Assembly (NCBI GenBank): GCA_051294375.1
Contig: JBJCIZ010000028.1
Span: 1,560,234-1,624,233, forward strand
Origin: Paraspadella gotoi
Taxonomy: Eukaryota > Animalia > Chaetognatha
Reading direction: 5' to 3'
DNA: 64,000 bases
The stretch's first letter is position 1. Each line of letters begins with the position of its first letter. Below are positions 42,295 through 55,700 of this stretch, in pieces. A program made the translations under genes and the position numbers. The notes under the pieces are model-generated. The model worked only from the letters and a program-made list of their open reading frames with translations. It had not been told where the DNA came from and did not search any database.

Positions 42295-43645
42295 CGTTGA
42301 ACTTAACGTCTTATTTCTTCCGACTTTGATTTATTAGCCTTGGTTTTTTAGTTTTTACGATTCTTAAACTCGGCGAACTTTTTAAGTTTAAAGTTTGTTT
42401 TTAAAGTGACATTTTTTTAGCGGCGTTTCATAATGTTTGTTTACGTTTTTTTTTCTTCGTCTAAACATAAGAAGATGCGCGATCTATCGGTCAGGTCTCG
42501 CTTAACTTGATCAGTTTAGCGTTTTTTTTTATTTTCGAACAAACTGATTAGACATAACTTATTATCATTACTATCTTGTTGGGACGGATAAGTTTGAACG
42601 CGTTCGGTCATCGTTGTCATGGAAACCGTGAGAGGATAGGGAGATTTACTTGAAAATTTTGTGTGAGGGTAAATAAGTGTGTGTATGAAATGGAAATCAA
42701 GTATTGGTGGATTTAATTAATTAATTTTCTAATCAGCTGCCTACCGCTAATGATTCGTGGGCAGTAAGGAGTAGTAAAATTTCTAAATTTAACTTTAATT
42801 AAATTTTTTTTCTTTTTTTTTTTTTTTTTTTTTTTCTAAAGTGAGGAACGAACAACATTATACTAATGAACATTTATGTATAAAAAAATTTATAATAAAT
42901 TTTACAATTTATGCAGTAGGCAATATTTATACTAGTACTATCCAATAAATGTTAAAATTTTAAAACAGTTTTTTTAAAGATTTTTTTGCAGGATTTGGAT
43001 TCGTCATATAAAAGTTGATAAAAAGAAATATAACTCTTTTTAAACAGAGTTTTGAGCGCAACACAATGTCGGATCTGCCTACGATAATTAATTAATCTAT
43101 ATTATAATTAAATAGATTAATTAATTAGATTATTAATAATTAGATTTAATTTAATTATATAATTGAATTAACTTATTAATAGATTAAATTATAATTTATA
43201 TTCAGCTTGTCATCATGCGATGTCGCTTCCTTTGAAAATTGAGTTCAGGACAGTTATTAAATGTTTTGTTTACATTTTATCAAAACAAAGCAAATTCCCT
43301 CTATTTTAATCCGAGCGCAGGCGGGCAAAGCCGTCCTGTCTAGATTTTGGATTCGGTTTTAGCTTTGCGGTCTCGCTTTTTTGCAATCATGGCTTCTTGA
43401 AAATGTGATATCATAGGGAGTTGAATTTTTCATATATGGCTTTCTAATCATCAAGAATCTTTAAAATTCTCATGTTTCATATAATATTCGTATTTGTTTT
43501 ATGGTTTCATTTTACAAAACAAAAACGTTTTTAATTTATATTGTCGTCTTCTCTCTCTCTTTTTCTCCGTCACTCGCTTTCTTTGATTGTCTGAAAACGA
43601 GTTTCCGGCTCTGCAGGCGTCTGTCCAGCTTCTTTCTCCTCCTCT

Positions 43646-43678
<33 letters not shown>

Positions 43679-43728
43679 TCTCTCTTTTTTTTTTAGCAAA
43701 AAATTTAGATATAAGTGGGTCACTAAGA

Positions 43729-43812
43729 AAAAACAGATGCCCGAGCGAACAGGGCGCGAACCCGGGTCCTTCTGGGTAGAGAATGCTCAAACGCTGACGT
43801 GCGGCGCCATAT
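43729..43812 (-). pseudogene. tRNA-derived Pol III unit (pseudo-tRNA or SINE head)
   Basis: A-box-like TGGCGCCGCACG, B-box GGGTTCGCGCCC and T6 terminator; no clean acceptor stem or 7-nt anticodon loop. Confidence 0.5.
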
Positions 43813-44889
43813 AGTACGCTGATTCTTTAACGAGTAAAGGGGTGTGAGCTTCTTCTCATTCTCTTCCTCTTTTAATTATTATATATCGCTCTCTCTTTCT
43901 GGCACGGCTGTCTCTCTTCTCTCTCTTTTCTCTCTCTCTCTCTGTCTCTCTGTCTTCTGTGTGTGTCTGTCCCTATCTTGTCCGATCTTTTGGCGTGATC
44001 GTTTGTTTTTTGAAAAATTCTGATTATTTTTTTCTTCTAAAAACTTTTTTTATTGCCATTTATTCCGCGGTTTTTTTCAATAAAATCCCATATTTCATCC
44101 GAGATTTTCGTGGATTTATTCTCTTTCTTTCTCTCTCTCTCTCGTCTTTCTCTCTCTCTCTCTTTCTTTCCTCTCTCTCCTCTTTCCCTTTTCCTCATGC
44201 GATTCTCTCTTCCTCTCTCTCTCTTTCACTCATACACGCATTTGTTTTGTTTTATTGACTTAGTCATCGCGATCAATTGAATTGAATCATTCGAACTGCA
44301 ATGAATGACAATCATCGCATCACTGAATGAATATCATCACAGCATGTGAATGACTATCATCGCATCAATAATTGATTATCATCCGAATCAATAGATCAAT
44401 TCCTATTACATCAATAAATTACTATTACATCAATCAATTAAGTAATTACTCAATCATTACTAAGTACAGTCAACAATTCGTTATCGCATGATTCATATCG
44501 TTTTTTTCCCGGTTTTTTTTCATTAAGTTTTCTTTATGATCAGTGGGCTCTGGCTCGTATCTTGATCTTTTAAGATTTTCTCATCTTCTCAACTGTTCCC
44601 TTCTCTCTCATCTCTTGTCATTCTCTTCTTTCTCTCTCACTCTCGTTCTCTTCTCTCACTCTCTCTTTCTCTCATCTCTCTCTCTCTCTTTTTATGCCAA
44701 AGCCGACGATCCTTATGCTTTTAAGATTTTTTTAACTTGCATCATTTTTTCAACTTGCAAAATTTTTTTTCACTTGCATTCCGTCAAAACTTTATATCTA
44801 GCTTCTTCACTCACTTTCCTACCGGCTCACAAATTTCATTCTCAATCTATCATGGGTTAAATAATAAAGATTCAAGTAAATGTGACTCA

Positions 44890-45690
44890 ATATTTTTTTC
44901 ATCTTAAACTCATTTCCACTCGGTACGTTCCCAACTGAACACTTTCTATCAAGGCTTCGTCATACGTTTCCCTACCACACACAATTCACTCAATCTATCC
45001 CATCCAATTTGATAATTGGAGTATTTATTGGTTTAAAATACACAGTAAAAAAGATTTTAGTAAATTCGACTTTGTTTTTTCCATTAAACTAATTTCCCAC
45101 TCACAGATTCCATCGAAATTTTATCATCCAGCTTTATCAGATCACTTTCCTACCCACACACAAAATTATAATTCCAAGTCCAACCAGCCACTGTCACGAG
45201 TTATTGGAGCTTTTTGCTAAGATGGGACAGGATGGATGGATTGATTGAGCTATTAATTACAATTATTGATTTAATTTATTTACTAATTGATTAATTAACT
45301 TGATTAATTATTTGATATTTTAATACATACTGCAATAACATTTAATATAAAAGGAAGAGCATAATCAATTAGTAAAACAGGTTTTTTTTGTTTTTTTTCC
45401 AGTTTAAAACTCAGTTTCCCACTCAAACTATTCCATCGAAACTTGATTTCCTGTTACAATCACACACTTTCCTACCACATACAATTCCAGGTCAATCAGC
45501 CCATCCAATCTCATGAGCAATTGGTTTCAAAATAGTGAATATTATTCTATTTTTGTTTTTTTTTTTCCATTTAACTCTATTTCCACTCGGCGATTCCATC
45601 GAAACTTAATATCCAGCTCAATCACACACTATATCCACTACCAAAATTCATTTAAATCCATCCATCCAATCACGAGTAATTGGTGTTTTT
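44890..45690. repeat. degenerate tandem array of ~170-190-bp units
   Basis: AAACTCATTTCCACTC..TTCCATCGAAACTT..TTTCCTACCACACACAA recurs about four times. Confidence 0.7.
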
Positions 45691-46544
45691 TGCTAAGGTG
45701 AGAGGAGGACGACGGACGGAAGGACGCGACGGACGGACCGGACAGACCAGACGGACGGACGGACAATCATTTTTTTTGCATACTTTATATATTCGATGAA
45801 TCTGACATGATATAAGTGTGTGCCCGACAATATTGAGGGGGCGGACCGACGGACCGAAAAGTGGTTATAAAAGTGAGTTATAGAGTCGGCTCTGCTGATG
45901 AAGCAGATCCGACTCAAGATCCTTCATTAAGTGTCAAAAATTAGAAAAGCTTATATTTTAAGCTGAAAATTAACTTTTTATATATTAAATATAGTTTTTT
46001 TAATTTTAACCCACTTAATGAAAGAATTTTTAAAAATAATTAGAGATGAAACGAAACAATTCGTTTGTAATAGCAATTTTTATATTTTATTAATGTACAT
46101 GTTCGACTCTTAGTATTACGATGATGAGCTCTTTTTTCTTTAACCTTACTATTTCACTTCTCTTTAACTTATCTATCCCTCATCACTTATTCTTCTATTT
46201 CATTTTCTCTTACCAACAATCATCAGCTAACAATTAATTTATTATTACTTTTTTAAATATTTAGTTTTTTCTAAAATTTTTCACACTGTTGTACATTGCC
46301 TAATGTTATTGATCCCTGTGTCTCTCTCTCTCTCTCTCTCTCTTTCTTTCTCTTTTTTCCCCAATTTACAAAATCATTTGCTCTCTCTTTCCCTACTTTC
46401 ACCTGTCCTCACATCTGACACTATCCTTGCTTCAATTCTTTGTTGGAAACTCTCTCTCTCTCTCTTCACTCCTCTCTCTTTCTCTCTCTCACTCTCTTTC
46501 TCTCTCTTCTCATCAAACTAATGTTTAAAAAAGTTTTGGTCTAT

Positions 46545-46600
46545 TGAATTCATTTGCTGATGAGGACTCGTAATACTAAGAGTCGAAACAATGTACATTA
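46545..46600 (+). ncRNA. minimal type I hammerhead ribozyme (with a truncated inverted copy at ~46029-46121)
   Basis: tg-CTGATGA-g-GACTC-gtaatactaa-GAGTC-GAAAC-aat-GTA-ca; the inverted copy reads GAGTCGAACATGTACA, suggesting a consensus palindromic ACATGT stem III. Confidence 0.72.
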
Positions 46601-46779
46601 TAAAAAAAAAAAAAATGCTATTACAACGAATTTTTCGCCTCTCATATACTCTATTTTAAAATGCAAAAAGAAGTCAAAATAAAATAAAATTAATTAATAT
46701 TTTCTTTATTTAACGACGAGGAATTCAAACTGCAATCAAAATTAAGAAAAGCCTATTTTGAATTTTTTTGATTTTATAA

Positions 46780-49700
46780 TAGGCTATCTATATATAATAA
46801 ATATAGCCTACTGGAAAATTAAAAAACATAAAATTAATTTTTTTAAATAAATTAATGTTCACTGATGGTGATGTTGTTCATAATTTACTTTTAGAATTTC
46901 CGTACGTAACTTTCACTAGGCCTTAGTGGGCAGATACGGCATTGTTTTTCTCAAACTTGTTTTGTCTATTATGGATCATAATTCGTAAGCTATATTTATA
47001 AATTACATTTTATTTTATCAAAAAACCTCGAATGTATATTAATATAACTTTTTTCCTTATAAATATAATACAAAGAACGAGTAAAGGTCTTGAGATCTTT
47101 ATTTGATTAAAAAGTTAATTTTAAATTTAAACAGGATACAAAAGATCAACATGGATTAGAATAGTATAAATCAATCGATCAATTATTGCTATCAATCAAG
47201 TCAGATTCAAATAAATAAATCAGTCTATTCAATAAATCATTAAATTTAATCAATAAATGTGATTCGGTAAATTAACAAATTTAAATAAAATCCAATCAAA
47301 TCATTTCATNNNNNNNNNNNNNNNNNNNNNNNNNNNNNNNNNNNNNNNNNNNNNNNNNNNNNNNNNNNNNNNNNNNNNNNNNNNNNNNNNNNNNNNNNNN
47401 NNNNNNNNNNNNNNNNNNNNNNNNNNNNNNNNNNNNNNNNNNNNNNNNNNNNNNNNNNNNNNNNNNNNNNNNNNNNNNNNNNNNNNNNNNNNNNNNNNNN
47501 NNNNNNNNNNNNNNNNNNNNNNNNNNNNNNNNNNNNNNNNNNNNNNNNNNNNNNNNNNNNNNNNNNNNNNNNNNNNNNNNNNNNNNNNNNNNNNNNNNNN
47601 NNNNNNNNNNNNNNNNNNNNNNNNNNNNNNNNNNNNNNNNNNNNNNNNNNNNNNNNNNNNNNNNNNNNNNNNNNNNNNNNNNNNNNNNNNNNNNNNNNNN
47701 NNNNNNNNNNNNNNNNNNNNNNNNNNNNNNNNNNNNNNNNNNNNNNNNNNNNNNNNNNNNNNNNNNNNNNNNNNNNNNNNNNNNNNNNNNNNNNNNNNNN
47801 NNNNNNNNNNNNNNNNNNNNNNNNNNNNNNNNNNNNNNNNNNNNNNNNNNNNNNNNNNNNNNNNNNNNNNNNNNNNNNNNNNNNNNNNNNNNNNNNNNNN
47901 NNNNNNNNNNNNNNNNNNNNNNNNNNNNNNNNNNNNNNNNNNNNNNNNNNNNNNNNNNNNNNNNNNNNNNNNNNNNNNNNNNNNNNNNNNNNNNNNNNNN
48001 NNNNNNNNNNNNNNNNNNNNNNNNNNNNNNNNNNNNNNNNNNNNNNGGGACTGAAGGGATGATCGATGAGAGAAGAGAATGAATATAATGAAAATATCGT
48101 TCACCAATGACGATTTTAAAACAAAACAGATTTAATCTAAAAAAAAAACAAAAAAGAAAACATAGGAGGAGGATTCCACCTGAAACAAAGGAGCAAGAAT
48201 GGAGACTTCGTCGTGATGCATCTTTCCAAATCCGCGACCTTAAAAATGGAGAGGGAGTGGGCGATTTCAGCTAATGATACATTGTTGATTTGATAACGTG
48301 AGAGGAGATAGAAGAAGAAAGGAGAGAAAGAAGAGAAGAGTAAGATAGAATCGTAACTCAATTACTTTGTTAAGCGAATGACAAGTGAAATAGTAGTAAT
48401 ATTAGTGCCGAGCGTTGCCATAAACCCATGTGGGTTTGGAGTTGAAGGGGAGAGGTTAAGTGGGGGTGTCCGTTGAAAGACGTTCAAATTTCCTCTTGAA
48501 CCAAGTTGAAAATTTTCCTCGCCAGAATTCCGGCTCCGGTTCCCCAGAAAAATTTGAAAACCAGTTATTGTTATTCTTTAGTTCCTTTATGTTGTCTTTC
48601 TGTGAGAATTTCACAATTCTCCTTTGACCGATGTAATTCGCTAAACTTGCTCTCACCCGTTCAGAAAAATGTGAAAACGGAAAAATTTAAATTTTACAAA
48701 TATTTTCTTACTCTAGTGGCCGAAGCGTGAAATTTCGAATTCTCCTTGACCATGCAATTTTCCGGTTATTTTTTTCTGTCCAGAAAAAATTTGTAAAAAT
48801 GCGAAAAATTTAATTTTACAAAAATTATTCCTGTGAATGTGGTTGTGTTGGTGGTTTTATTTTGGCCTAAGCGTGAGAATTTCGAATTCTCCTTGACCGA
48901 GTTGCAATTTCCGTTGAATATTTTTCACTTCACTCCGGTTCATATAGGTTAATTTGGGAGAGGTATTAGATGTGACAATTTATAAACAGAGTTCAATCTT
49001 TGCGCAAACAAAAAAAAGTTGTTATTATTCCTAGCAAAAACAGCTGGCCCATCATTTCTCGTGCTACAGCTGAAAATCGAATCTTCCCTTCTCCTTTCTT
49101 TTTCACACATTTTTGAAAACCGGAGTAAAGTAGTAAATTCTGACAGATATTTGCAAATGGTCAAGAGAATTTCAAATTCCACAGATTTCTAATCAAATTA
49201 AAATTCAAATTTTTCTCTTACTTTTCTTCCCCTTTCGACCTTCTTTAATCCACCCAGACAATAAAATTATCATCCTCCAGCTTGCAACATCTCAGAATTC
49301 TGCGACTCCGATTGGACCCGGAACCCAAGCTCTCCATTGAATAGGAACTCCTCCTTCACCACCTCCCTTCATCCATTTTCAATTTCTCTCCGTTCGACCA
49401 GATGTTTCTCCCTGTGACCAAATTCTCGTAAGACAAACAGAGAGAGATGAGATTGAAGAGAGAGAGAAAATAAAGGAATAGACATCACGACAAATTGCGA
49501 TTTTCTGGGAATTGTAACAATGTGTGAAAAATTTGTGGTTCCTGTGAAAATTTAAATTCCTGTGAAATTTCAGATAATTTTTTTTTCTAAATTTCTACCG
49601 GCTAGATCTGTAATTTTGTATTATATTTAAAATTCAGAAGAACGCCAAATTATTTCCTGGCGAAATGTAATTTTTTTTTCTGAATTCCTGATTTTCTGTG

Positions 49701-52700
49701 AAAAAATTTGTAAAAACTATTGAAATTTTAAATTTCGCCGAGAATTTAAAAAATACAAATTTCACAGCCATCAGAAAGCCACTGGGGGGAAGCGGAAAGT
49801 AAGGCAAAATTTTCATTATAAATTGCATAAGCAAAAAAATACATAATCATTTCGAATTTTCTTTCGGAATACATATTTTTTTTTATTCGTAAAATATATT
49901 AGTCACAAATAATGAATTTGACGATTGGGAGTCCTTACTCGGAGACACCCAAAAAATAAAAGTCTTTTGTTCGTTTTTGGCGAAGCCCGGTAAATCAACC
50001 TTTCTAAAAAAAGTGAGGTTTTACAAAAAAGAAAAAAAAAATATAAATATACCTAAAAACAAATTGTTTTTTTTTATCTTTCACGATTGCACTCGAGAAA
50101 ATCAGCAATTAAAACTCAGTGACTAAACTAATAACATTACAGTTAGAAGAGAACGTCAGGGAACTTGAAGCGTTTCTTTTCCAAAGGGATATTCCTAAAC
50201 CGAGTTTCCACAAGAATTGGCGTCCATTGGTCTCCCAGATAATACAATCATTATATTGACACAAGATAGAGTCTATTACCAAAAAAAAAACCAGCTTCAG
50301 CGTACTATAAACACCTCGCCCATATTATGTACATATTGAAATCTTGCGGTATTTAACATTACAAAATTACGGCCCTTTGTTATAAATACTTCATTCCCCT
50401 TCAATTCGGCGCGTTAACACAGCGTCTCATTTGATCTTTTTTATCGTCTCCGAACAAATCTCTCCAATTTTAAAACATTAGAATCAATTCATTAAATTTT
50501 GAAAGGAGTCAACTCTGTACGCGTTTTTCTCTACACAGAAGACCCTGTCATATCTCCCGCTGTCTTTCGGTGAGTTGAGAAACCAGGTCTATAGTGCATT
50601 TGTATCTTGACGCTGACAGGCCATTGCGAGTAGACGAATGGAGAATGATCTAGATGAGAATAAACGGGAAAAAATTAAATAATTGTAAAAATTCCACAAA
50701 ATTTGAAAAAATGCCAAAAAAGTTACGGAAACGCAAAATTTTCAAAGAATCTGTCTCAAGATGAGTTTTAACAAACTTATTTGAATTCTAAAACACTAAA
50801 AAAACTTGCGGCATTTGCTTTGGTTAAAACTCGAAGTAAAATTGAGAAATATACAAATTCTTTGAAAAAGTTGGCCAAGGAGGACTTCTTTTATTTTAAA
50901 AAAAAAGAAGCTCTTGGCCATCCTCCCGATTTTAAAAACATAGTCACAATTCCTCCTGCATTTCTTCAAAAATATGACCATCATGTAATAATTCAATGGC
51001 GACCTTCGATTATCATATAAACCGACTAAACCGCAAAACATCTATAGCTACGAATCTGCAAGGAGAAATTGGATAACTAAAAGCATTGATAAATTTCCTA
51101 TCGAGGACAAAAGGGAAGCGGCACTGGTCGCGGGAGACCGCCGCTGTTAGAGGACAAGCTCGACCTCTCGACTCGTCAAAACAAAAATTTCTCTCGAATA
51201 CGGCCTCAAGAGGGTTGCACTAGTAACGATAGTGAATGAGATACAGAAAGTTTCATGTCTTGGACCTCGTGAAATTAACTAAAAATAAAACATAAAACTC
51301 TGCCTTTGCACGGAACAGTATCACTTTAATTAAGAATTAAAAAAAGTAGGTCACCCATATTGCGCGTCGTTTGTGCAATGCAATTCCTTCACGCTTTTTA
51401 ATGCAGCTAAAATTTTTAAACTTTTCCGACTCTGATGTCGGAACATAAGAGAATCAAACTGCGTGATCAAAAAGAAGAGCCTCTGCTTCGACCACGTCAT
51501 CAGAGCCCGACCATGGACCAGCGGAACCCACAGTCGATGAAGTTTGTTAGCAAAAACAGCAGAGAAGTAGTCGAGAATTAGAGATTCGTGCAAATGATAA
51601 AGCGTTAAAGCGCGCTCTGAGCGGACGACGGCGACGCAACGACGAGACACGCTGAAGACAAACCTGGTAGTGCCACGCAAGAGAAACGTGCGCTTAAACT
51701 ATTACGAAATAGTTCAATGCAGGGAAGCTCCAGCCCAAAAAGGAAGAAGAGGAAATAGTACGAGAGCAAATTTTACAACCCAATTCTCCATTTATAATAC
51801 CAAGAATGTAAAAGAAGAATACACAAGTATTCTTAAAGCGATTAACATAATTATCCCATATGATATAAAAACAGTTTACAAAACAAAAAACTCACCAATA
51901 ACAATAATATTTCGTTTGCAAAATAAACAAACCTTCAAGCATTAGTGGCAGAAGCAAATTTTTTGCGAAACCTTCATGCACTTGATAGTGTGAGTAACAT
52001 CGCAGTTAGAACAAGCCAAAGATTAATTCAGCATCGACGAAGTTAAGAAATATGTATTTTTAGATTGTCGGATCCACGCAGTTTTTCCTCGCAAAAATCC
52101 GTTGTGATGAATTTTATTCCAACCAGTTTAAATGGTTGTTGAGAACTGTGACAATAGTGGGTCGATTCACGTCAATTGCTAATGATAATAAACAAAAAAT
52201 ATAAAATTAACTAATATTAAAACTCGTGAAGAGAGAAAAAAAAGTCGGGAGGTATTGCAAGAGAGAATAGAAGATTCGCCAGAATCTAGAACTTTTATAA
52301 CCCGAATCGAAAACGAAGATGCGCCTACAAATTACCCATTTTAGAAAAACAACTGACTCGAACAATCGCGACAGTATTGGACGATCTTGGGGCATAAGGC
52401 AACCAGACCGGCTGACATTGCCCCGCGAGCGAGTATAATTGATAACGACAAGCAAAAAGATCCAGAAAAAGGCCGCATTATTCCGGAAATGCAATAGGGA
52501 ACAGAAAAACTTTAAAAAAAATCTATAGAATAAAAAATATTAATAAAAATAAAACCTAAAGACTTATTAATAAGAGTCGTATGTGTCACTCCGGACCAGA
52601 ATTACACCATTATATTAGACGAATTAATTTCAAGATACCCCTATTATTACTGGTCTTGTTCGATTTTGAAAAGTTGCAAACAAACTTTTAAGGGGGCAGA

Positions 52701-55700
52701 AACTGTGCCTCAAAATCTTAGTTTTTGAGCGTTTCGTAAGCAACAGTCGCCGATTCCGAAAAGTAATATCCGGAACTAAACTTTGGGTAAACATGTAATA
52801 AAAAATAAACTATGAATAAAAATTTGTCGCTAGCAAGTCTACTGATATTTATTGTGATTTGTAATTTCAGTATTCACCGATTGCCTTATTGGCCTGATTT
52901 TTGAATATCAGAAAAACGTTAATGTACCAATCCCAAATTCACATTTTAAATGATCAAATGCAAAATGATGTAATGGTTTTAAATTAACATTCGATGTCAT
53001 ATCTAATACCTTGGGTGATGCTTCGCGCGCGCGTCGCTTTTCAGTCGGGAAGCATATACCACCGCTATCAATAGAACCACTGGCACCAAGACGAGATTTG
53101 CGCCGACGGACAATCTTTCGTTTGAGGAGAAATAAACCCAAATTCAAATGACTTTTAGTTATGTTTGGAAATTTCACGTTTCGTCAGCACACCCACAGGC
53201 AGCATACGGAATAAAACTAAATTTAATACATGTTCCGAAGGGTCAAGCCAGTTTTGACTACGCATCAGAAAGACAGAAAATATTCTATGTCCATCGAAGA
53301 CATTAAAAATCCCAGGGTTTGTTAAGACTATATCCTTCAAGGTGCTGCCTATACTCTAACTAACAAAGAGAGACGAAAGGTCGCTGACGGACGGAAGCCC
53401 CGAGACACATGGCAACAATTTTATTACTCAACCTGTAACTGATCGAATACAGATTCATTCAAAAATTGCGCGAAACAACATGACTGTTTGCTGTATCAGG
53501 CCGGATGGTTTGAACATGACATGAAATCATATAAGATTTACTTACAAACATAAAATTTTATATGAAAGGCGATCTATTATATTCATAACATGACACCCAA
53601 TTTGCTCTCTTAATGGGTTCACAGATGAGTACAAAGAGTCACGATACAAAGCGCGCGCAATTCCATTCATAGACACGTTTCCATAAATAGTTTACTTTAT
53701 CGATGTGAGAATCAAAATTTTACATTATATTTCAGGATTTATGCAGGCCTCTCAATGTACACGGAGAGTCACAAATAAGCTTAATCGATTGTAATATGCA
53801 AACGGGTTTCCCGCTTAAAAATAGCTCTCTCTATCAAGCGACCAAGTGCTATCAGGATGTTTTAAAATCTCTCGTTTTAATAATTTTACACTTTTAATGA
53901 CACTCTTTCAAATCGTATTGAAGTTTTTGATTTTAAATCCGACCCCCCTTTCTTGTCATAAAAAATTAATACAAAATCTAATTTGAATTTTCATTTTATT
54001 AAGACAATTTTTTTCTATCTGTGAGCCAAAAAAAAAGAAAAAAATTTCTCGTCAACTGCCTACGACTTTGATTGCCGATTGCCATTCTGTATACTGCCTC
54101 CTCCCCTCGCCGACAAGTGCATACCGACAATTGGTCTACGAGGAAAATCACGGCACAAATATCAACAAAAGATTAGACGATCGACCGACGGCAAACAACA
54201 TATAAAAAATGCCAAAATCGAAAATAAAATATAAATAGCTTAATATAAACAATCCGCTGATTAAATAAATTAAACAAACAATAAAAAATGCTATCTCGTA
54301 ATGCCCCGAATTTCTGAATATATGAAAATCAATTTTGCCTGCACCAGATGAAAAGTTTAATTTTTTCTCGAATGAAAAGGGGAAAAACGGACAGTGGGTC
54401 AAAAATATAGAGAAAGTACTACGAGAGAAATCTACAGCACATCCTGGTCAAATAAAAAAAGAAAACGACCGACCCAAGAAAAAAAAGACACAAAAAATCT
54501 TAAAAAAACCACAACAAAAAACCAAAACCGCAACCAAAACAAAGAAAAACACAAAAAAACAAATAAGGACAAAATCTCTCTAAAACGGGTCTTAAATCTA
54601 TAAAAGATGAACCCAGGTGAAAAGAAAAAAAAAGGGCAAAAGAAGAAAAAAGGAGACACAGTTCTTAGGACGAAACGATACTCGGAACGGAAGCCGAGAG
54701 TGTCATCTGTACCGTCAGAAACACGATGACGATTCGCTNNNNNNNNNNNNNNNNNNNNNNNNNTTAGCGAAATCTTTAAACGTCTCGTAATGATGTCGGT
54801 CCATGTTTCCTTGAAGGAAATCAAAGATTGCTGTGTCTATGAGGTCGGCGAGACGACGACCTGAGGAAATAACAACATTTAATATTATTTAAATTAATTA
54901 ATTAATTAAATTAATTAATTTAATCGTTTGAAACTCAAGAAATTCTGTCTCCTTTGTCTAAGAAATAATCAATTTATTCCAATTATATAAAAGATAAAAT
55001 TAACAAACGAAGTATCAAAATTTTAATCAAGAATCTCCGACAGTCAAGATTAATACCTCTTTATGTTCTGGGTACATATACTTTTAGGAAGGGAACCGTT
55101 CAACTGTCCAAAGTCAGGATTCAAGCAACAGCCTGATTAACAAATAATGGCTTATTTTTTATATCGGTTGTAACAATGTGTTAGAGTTTGTTCCTGACAA
55201 ATGTAGTCGGGCATTACAAGTCAACGCCGTCGTGACCCGGTGGTTCTTTGAGTAACATCAGCAGCTCATGACCATTAGGTACCGGGATCGATCCCCAAGA
55301 GCATAATTTAAAAAAAACTTTTAAAAAAAAAAACACAAAAAATTATTTAAAACCCATAAAATAATAAATTATTGCATTCATTAATTTTCATCAAATAAAG
55401 GAATCCGCGACGCTGACTTCTAAAACATTTTCGTTTTCTCCCGCCGAAGTCTTTGCTTCACCGAAAATGCAATTACGTTAAAATTCAACCGTGTTTGGAA
55501 AACCAGTGGAGAGAGCGAGAGGAAACGACGGAGAAAACAAGAAGACAAAACGAGGAGAAATGAGTTTAATGAAAGAGATTTCATAGGAGAGAGGCAACAG
55601 TACAGTATCAAAAATTAATAAAATGAAATCAGAGGAAAAAAAGGAGTGGTCTTTTCATACCAATTGAAAATCTTTGAAAATTTTCACTTCATTGATAGAA

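Noticed and set aside
43311-43343. Helitron 3' end (hairpin plus CTAG)
   Set aside because: Imperfect hairpin, single occurrence and no matching 5' end identified.
43729-43812. Functional tRNA gene
   Set aside because: A/B boxes and terminator are present but the cloverleaf is incomplete; listed as tRNA-derived only.
45883-45917. Hammerhead from CTGATGA at ~45896
   Set aside because: No GAAA or stem II; the motif lies within a simple hairpin at the end of a HINE-like repeat.
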